From: an uncultured Alcaligenaceae bacterium | GTDB taxonomy: Bacteria; Pseudomonadota; Gammaproteobacteria; Burkholderiales; Casimicrobiaceae | Reading direction: 5' to 3' | DNA: 64,000 nucleotides | Assembly: GCA_964439475.1 (NCBI GenBank) | Contig: CAYTOT010000006.1 | Location: 18,104 to 82,103 of the forward strand | Part shown: positions 59,107 through 64,000 of the stretch, in pieces | Layout of the letters: each line of letters begins with the position of its first letter | Position numbering within the stretch: the stretch's first letter is position 1 | The notes under the pieces: model-generated | What the model was told of the DNA's origin: nothing | Databases searched by the model: none | What the model saw: only the letters and a program-made list of their open reading frames with translations | Made by a program: the position numbers and the translations under genes

Positions 59107-60816
59107 TCACCTTGCTCTGGATCGTGACAACACCCCATAAACCAGCGACAACACAATGGCAACCGCACCGAAGATCAACACTGCCATTGCCGACGCGCCT
59201 TGCAACCCGCCCGAGCCATTCCAGCGCGTCAACAGGGCGGTGGAGACCACCTGCGTATCGGCGGATTGCAACATGATGGAAATGGACAGTTCGGGGAAGC
59301 ACAGAATCGCCACCAGTAGCGCCGTGGATACCAACGATCCTCTGATCAAAGGCAGATCCACGTCCCTCATCGTCCGCAGCCGGCCGCTCCCGCACATGCG
59401 GGCCGCTTCCGAGAGCTCGGGTGAGATCTGCAGCAACCCCGTCTGGATTCCGCGGACGCCGAACGCCAGAAAATGGCCGACATAGGCGACCGCAAGGATG
59501 GCGAGGGTGCCGACGAACCCAAGCACCCGAAGGGGCGGATTGATGTAGGTAAGGAGAACCGCGATGCCGAAGGCCGTGCCTGCGAGGCCCAGCGGCAAGA
59601 TGGACAGATAGTCAATGGGCGCCTGCAACCGGGTCCTCATTCGGACCAGCACGTAACCTGCAGCAACCCCCAGGACCACGACACCGATCGCAGACACGAC
59701 CGAGAGAATGACGCTGTTGACCAGGGATGCGCGAGTGAAGTCGTCCGTGAAGAGTTCGATGTAGTGCGTCAACGTCAAGTTGTCAGCCGACAAGCCGTGC
59801 GTGATGTTGCGGGTGACAGATACGTACAGTAGCGTTGCGTAGGGCAGAACGAATGCGATGAGGCCGTACACGAACACCAGAAAGACGATCAGATATTTCC
59901 ATCGTCCAATGGGAAACAGATCGGATCTGGACCCTCTGGTACCGACAGTGATGTAGCGCTTCTGCGCGGTGATGGATCGTCTGTAGACGGCCACGGCGAT
60001 CAGCGCGATGACCGTCACCGCAAGCGATAGGACCGACGCGGTCTTCAGATCGTTGACCACGAGGATCGCCTGCCTGATCGCCACCGACACCACGTCTATC
60101 CCCAGGATCTGCGGAATGCCGTAGAAGGAAAGGGAGATGGTGAATGTCAGGATGAACCCGGACAGGAGCGCCGGGGTCAGCAGACGGAGCGTGACACTGA
60201 AGAAGGTGCTGACCATGTTCGCACCGGCCATTCGGCTCGCTTCTTCAAGACTGGTGTCCATGTTCGAAAGCGAGGGGAGTAACTGCAGCACGCAGATGCC
60301 GATCCCCATGGGAACGCTCAACAGGACGAAGCCGGCGTCGCTGAAGATGTTGAGGGGTCCGGTGGCGTCGCCTAGGCCGAACAACGCCCTCAGAAGCTCG
60401 TTGACGATTCCCGAATTGGGCCCGAGCAGAACGATGTATGCGAACGCAGTCAGGAAGCCGGGGCTAATGATCGAAATCATGACGATCCCCCGGAGCGTCT
60501 TCTTGAACGGCATCGAGGTGCGGCCCAAGCCGAACGAAAATATCACACCGAACAACAAACTGAAGACGGCCACCAGAAAGGAGAGCCACACCGTGTTGAT
60601 GATGACATCGACGTTATAGGCGTCTTCGGCCGCGTTGATGAAGTTTCCGAGCGTGAAACCTCGCTCGGCGTCGGTGAACGCCTCGAAGAACAGCCATAAC
60701 AGCGGAAGAACGGTGAGGAACGCCAGGATCGCAAGGACCACGATCGGAAACGTAGCGGCCCAGAAGGACCTGTCCTCGGAGGCCTGGCGGCCAGTGCCTT
60801 TCCTCGAGATTGCCAT
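59107..60816 (-). CDS. FbpB-like double-domain ABC permease
   Basis: Two EAA loops (LEEASRMAGA, LSEAARMCGS), about 12 TM segments. Confidence 0.92.
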   Translation of the reverse strand: MAISRKGTGRQASEDRSFWAATFPIVVLAILAFLTVLPLLWLFFEAFTDAERGFTLGNFINAAEDAYNVDVIINTVWLSFLVAVFSLLFGVIFSFGLGRTSMPFKKTLRGIVMISIISPGFLTAFAYIVLLGPNSGIVNELLRALFGLGDATGPLNIFSDAGFVLLSVPMGIGICVLQLLPSLSNMDTSLEEASRMAGANMVSTFFSVTLRLLTPALLSGFILTFTISLSFYGIPQILGIDVVSVAIRQAILVVNDLKTASVLSLAVTVIALIAVAVYRRSITAQKRYITVGTRGSRSDLFPIGRWKYLIVFLVFVYGLIAFVLPYATLLYVSVTRNITHGLSADNLTLTHYIELFTDDFTRASLVNSVILSVVSAIGVVVLGVAAGYVLVRMRTRLQAPIDYLSILPLGLAGTAFGIAVLLTYINPPLRVLGFVGTLAILAVAYVGHFLAFGVRGIQTGLLQISPELSEAARMCGSGRLRTMRDVDLPLIRGSLVSTALLVAILCFPELSISIMLQSADTQVVSTALLTRWNGSGGLQGASAMAVLIFGAVAIVLSLVYGVLSRSRAR

Positions 60817-60878
60817 CCTAGATGCCTCGCATGCCCCTGGTTGGCCTTACGTCCGGCGCTGCGTCGGGACCGAGCGCT

Positions 60879-61937
60879 TCAGCTCCGCGACGCAGCGCGA
60901 TCGGCTTGCCGCTGCCGTCTTCGCGCGGCCATTCGTGCAGCGAGCAGCAGCGAAGCGCGGGTGGCGCCGATGTTGGCGACGCCCTTGCCGGCGATCTCGT
61001 AGGCGGTTCCATGCGCGGCGGTGCAGATCGGGAACGGAAGGCCCCCCATCAGCGTCACGCCACGATCGAATCCCATCAGCTTCATCGCGATCTGCCCCTG
61101 GTCGTGATACATCGTGACCACGGCGTCGAAGGCGCCCGAGCGTGCGCGCACGAACACGGTATCGGAAGGGAACGGGCCATCGGCCGCGATGCCGTCGCGG
61201 CGCGCGTCGGCGATGGCGGGACCGATGACGTCGATCTCCTCGCGGCCGAAGGCTCCGCCGTCACCGGCGTGCGGGTTCAGCGCGGCGACCGCGATCCGCG
61301 GGGTCGCCACCTCGGCATCGCGCAGCGAACGGTCGGTCAGCCGGATGGCTTCGAGCACCGCCTCCCGCGTGATCTGCGACGCCACGGCCGACAGCGGGAT
61401 GTGCGATGTCACCCGGGCGTTCCACAGGCCTTCGAGGATGTTGAATTCGCTTGCCGGGCCCGGCAGGCCGAGCACCTCCAGCGAATAGCCGATCTCGTCG
61501 TCGTAGCCCGGGTGCGCGGCGCGCATCGCCGACTTGTTGAAGGGTGTGAAGCACACGGCGTCGGCGCGGCCGCTGTTCGCGAGTTCGAGGCAGGTACGGA
61601 AGTTCTGCAGCGCGAACTCGCCCCCCTTGCGGGTCGCGACCGCGCGCTCGATGCTCGCTGGATCGAGGTTGCCCAGGTCGATGAAGGCCGGCCTCGCGCC
61701 CACGCCGGCATCGGGAACATCGCCATGCTCATGCCATTCGACCGCCAGCGGGACCCCCGCCACCTTGGCTCCGGCTTCGAGGACCCGCCGGTCGCCGACG
61801 GCCAGGATGCGTGCCGCGTCGAGCACGTCGGGCAGGCCGAGCACCTTCGCGGTCAGCTCCGGGCTGATGCCCGCCGGATCGCCCATCGCGAGCGCAATGA
61901 CAGGGCGGGGATCGGTCGACGCAGCGGGATGTGTCAA
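60879..61937 (-). CDS. PdxA-family dehydrogenase (PdxA2-like)
   Basis: AMGDPAGISPE, TPFNK, TSHIPL, NPHAG, MYHDQG and TAAHGTAYEIAGKG. Confidence 0.9.
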   Translation of the reverse strand: MTHPAASTDPRPVIALAMGDPAGISPELTAKVLGLPDVLDAARILAVGDRRVLEAGAKVAGVPLAVEWHEHGDVPDAGVGARPAFIDLGNLDPASIERAVATRKGGEFALQNFRTCLELANSGRADAVCFTPFNKSAMRAAHPGYDDEIGYSLEVLGLPGPASEFNILEGLWNARVTSHIPLSAVASQITREAVLEAIRLTDRSLRDAEVATPRIAVAALNPHAGDGGAFGREEIDVIGPAIADARRDGIAADGPFPSDTVFVRARSGAFDAVVTMYHDQGQIAMKLMGFDRGVTLMGGLPFPICTAAHGTAYEIAGKGVANIGATRASLLLAARMAARRRQRQADRAASRS

Positions 61938-61953
61938 TCAGCGCTCCTCCTGA

Positions 61954-61969
61954 ATGCTGCATGCAGCAT
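61954..61969. promoter_or_regulatory. Perfect 16-bp palindrome, candidate operator of the divergent GntR
   Basis: ATGCTGCATGCAGCAT between the pdxA-like gene and gntR. Confidence 0.6.
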
Positions 61970-62036
61970 GTTGCGCACAACTGTGCCACCCGGATGTGCT
62001 AAAGTCAATCCTGATGAAAGCATTGGCGTATTGCCC

Positions 62037-62729
62037 ATGACGACCGCCCTCCAAGGCGATGGCGTCCTCGTCGAGGACAGCACGATCGTTCCGCTGAGCC
62101 GGCGCTCACTGCACGACGAACTGGTCGAGCGTGTCCGCGACATGATCATCGAAGGGCAGCTCCCGCCCCTGTCGAGAATCCACGAGGGACAGCTCGGCAA
62201 GGCGCTCGGCGTGTCACGCACGCCGCTGCGCGAAGCGCTCAAGTACCTCGCAAGCGAAGGCCTGCTGGAACTCGTACCCGGCCGCGGTGCCGTCGTGCGC
62301 AAGCTGACCCCGAAGGACGTCCGCGACATGCTCGACGTGCTCGGTGCGATCGAGACGCTGGGTGGCCGTTTGGCCTGCCGCAACGCGACCGATGCGCAGA
62401 TCGCGGGCCTGCGCCGCCTGCACGACGAGATGATGGTGCTCTACCACGCACGCAACCGCCTCGAGTACTACCGGCGCAACCAGGCCATCCACTCCGGGAT
62501 CGCCCAGCTTTCGGGCAACGCGCTGCTCGCGTCGACGCACCAGGTGATCCAGGCGCGCTTGAAGCGCATCCGCTTCATCGGCAACGAGGAGCCGGACAAG
62601 TGGGCGGGCGCGGTCGCCGAGCACGAGGAGATGATCGCGGCGCTCGAGGCCCGCGACGAGGCAAGGCTCGCGGAGGTGATCGCGCGCCACCTCGAGCAGA
62701 CGTGGGTGCGGGTCGTCGACAAGGTCTAG
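62037..62729 (+). CDS. GntR (FCD) transcriptional regulator
   Basis: LHDELVERVRDMIIEG...LGVSRTPLREAL, followed by an FCD domain (NQAIH...EHEEMI). Confidence 0.93.
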   Translation: MTTALQGDGVLVEDSTIVPLSRRSLHDELVERVRDMIIEGQLPPLSRIHEGQLGKALGVSRTPLREALKYLASEGLLELVPGRGAVVRKLTPKDVRDMLDVLGAIETLGGRLACRNATDAQIAGLRRLHDEMMVLYHARNRLEYYRRNQAIHSGIAQLSGNALLASTHQVIQARLKRIRFIGNEEPDKWAGAVAEHEEMIAALEARDEARLAEVIARHLEQTWVRVVDKV

Positions 62730-62730
62730 C

Positions 62731-63864
62731 TCAGGGACCCCGATCGCGAACCCTGGGCGCCAGCGATAGCAGCTTCACGAGCTGCGCCTGGCGCCGAACG
62801 CCGACCTTGGCGAACACGTGATGCAAATGCGTGCGCGCGGTATTGAGCGTGATGGCGAGCCACTCGGCCAGTTCCTCGATCGACCTGCCTTCCGCCAGCG
62901 CATGCGCCACCTTGGCCTCCATCGGTGTCAACGCAAAGAGCTCGATCAATCGCTGTTCTGGCAATGCCGCACCGCCCTCCGGAGACACGACGACCACCAG
63001 TGCCAGCGGTCCGGCACACAGGTCGATCCGCAGCGCGGATTCAGGCGACAACGGGAGCACGAGCACCTGCTGAACGTCCTGGGTCGCATCCCGGCGAACG
63101 CCCAAGGCACCTCCGGCGGCGCCGGACGTCCGCGTCGCCCGGGAGATCAGGCGTAGCAGATCCTGGGCGACGCGTGGCACGCTGCTGGTGAGTCGTCCTC
63201 CGGCTGCGCCCAGGACATCCGATACACGCAGGAGTGCGTCCCCCGCACCGCTCGTGAAGTGGATTCGTGCCTGCGCGTCGGTCACGAAGATCGGATAGTC
63301 CAGCTGATCGAGCACCGATGCCGTAGCCGAAGCCCGGAGCTGCAGTTGCCGTGCGCGTACGAAAAGACCGGCGGCGCGCTGGATGTGCGGCAGGAGTCCC
63401 GTGAGCACGTCGCGCTCCTTGCCGCGGTACTCACCGCGCTCCGGCGCGCGCAGCAGGCCCATCAGCGGCACCAGACCGGCACTGGAACGCGCCCGCATCC
63501 CGGCGCGATAGCGAACGCCGTTGCGTGTCAGGAAGTCGGCATAGAACTCGCTGCGCGAGATGGTGCCCGCGTCCAGGTGCTCGTGGCAGAGGACCCAGCG
63601 GTCGTGAGGGAGCGCCAGGGCGACGTTGCGCAACGGATCGAGTGATCCATAGTGCGCTGCGTACTCGTCGCCCGCCCCCGCCGGAAAGCTCGCCGAGATC
63701 GCGGAGAACGCGCCGCGATCGCGGTCCACCTCCCAGAGGAGGAACTGACCGCCATCCGCGTTGATCATCCGGGAGAGGCCATCCATGAAGCGCACCCACG
63801 CTCCGGGGTCGAGGATCGCCTCGTACAGCTCACCCAGCAACAGCTGCATCGCCTCGAGCCCCAT
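62731..63864 (-). CDS. Helix-turn-helix LuxR-type regulator with N-terminal GAF/PAS-like region
   Basis: LYEAILDPGAW N-terminus; C-terminal LTPMEAKVAHALAEG...TARTHLHHVFAKVGVRRQAQLV. Confidence 0.88.
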   Translation of the reverse strand: MGLEAMQLLLGELYEAILDPGAWVRFMDGLSRMINADGGQFLLWEVDRDRGAFSAISASFPAGAGDEYAAHYGSLDPLRNVALALPHDRWVLCHEHLDAGTISRSEFYADFLTRNGVRYRAGMRARSSAGLVPLMGLLRAPERGEYRGKERDVLTGLLPHIQRAAGLFVRARQLQLRASATASVLDQLDYPIFVTDAQARIHFTSGAGDALLRVSDVLGAAGGRLTSSVPRVAQDLLRLISRATRTSGAAGGALGVRRDATQDVQQVLVLPLSPESALRIDLCAGPLALVVVVSPEGGAALPEQRLIELFALTPMEAKVAHALAEGRSIEELAEWLAITLNTARTHLHHVFAKVGVRRQAQLVKLLSLAPRVRDRGP

Positions 63865-64000
63865 ACGCCTTCCCCCTGCGTATGCCTCCGCGCAGACTGC
63901 CTTGGATTGCCAACCGTCACTCGCGTCGCCGGCGACGGAGCGGCATTCCTTTGGCAAAGCCAACGCTACTTTGCTTCAGACCCGAACCCCGCCGCCTCAC

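Overview
High-GC (about 70% by spot counts) bacterial chromosomal window, probably betaproteobacterial (inferred from gene content and the tmRNA tag ANDENYALAA). From left to right it holds: (1) a narX-narL-narK1-narK2 nitrate sensing/transport block, with a perfect FNR-type palindrome and two ORF-free, terminator-ended structured segments that look like sRNAs; (2) an hsp20-lon pair, a 22-bp tandem repeat and several small or secreted hypothetical genes; (3) a ferritin-like diiron protein with an alpha/beta hydrolase, an MFS transporter, an MscS channel and a urtD/urtE deletion scar; (4) a metallophosphoesterase plus Ser/Thr kinase-USP pair; (5) tmRNA with a tyrosine integrase and higBA at its 3' end, forming a minimal or degraded island; (6) OmpA-like, manC, HD-domain, cNMP-binding and AI-2E genes; (7) a 12.8-kb organosulfonate cluster containing GntR, suyAB-like genes, a NitT/TauT ABC transporter, an SlcC-like dehydrogenase and TauE, facing a LysR-linked operon of succinate-dehydrogenase-like and class I fumarase-like paralogs; (8) mfd and other housekeeping or respiratory genes; (9) a pentonate dehydratase operon interrupted by a lower-GC ABC transporter and amidase block, with a pdxA-like gene and regulators. 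The best candidate for an under-described system is (7), which reads as a TCA-mimicking C3-sulfonate route: 3-sulfopropionate <-> 3-sulfoacrylate -> (R)-sulfolactate -> pyruvate + sulfite. All protein calls come from motif recognition and recalled family similarity, not database searches, and several start codons are my estimates.
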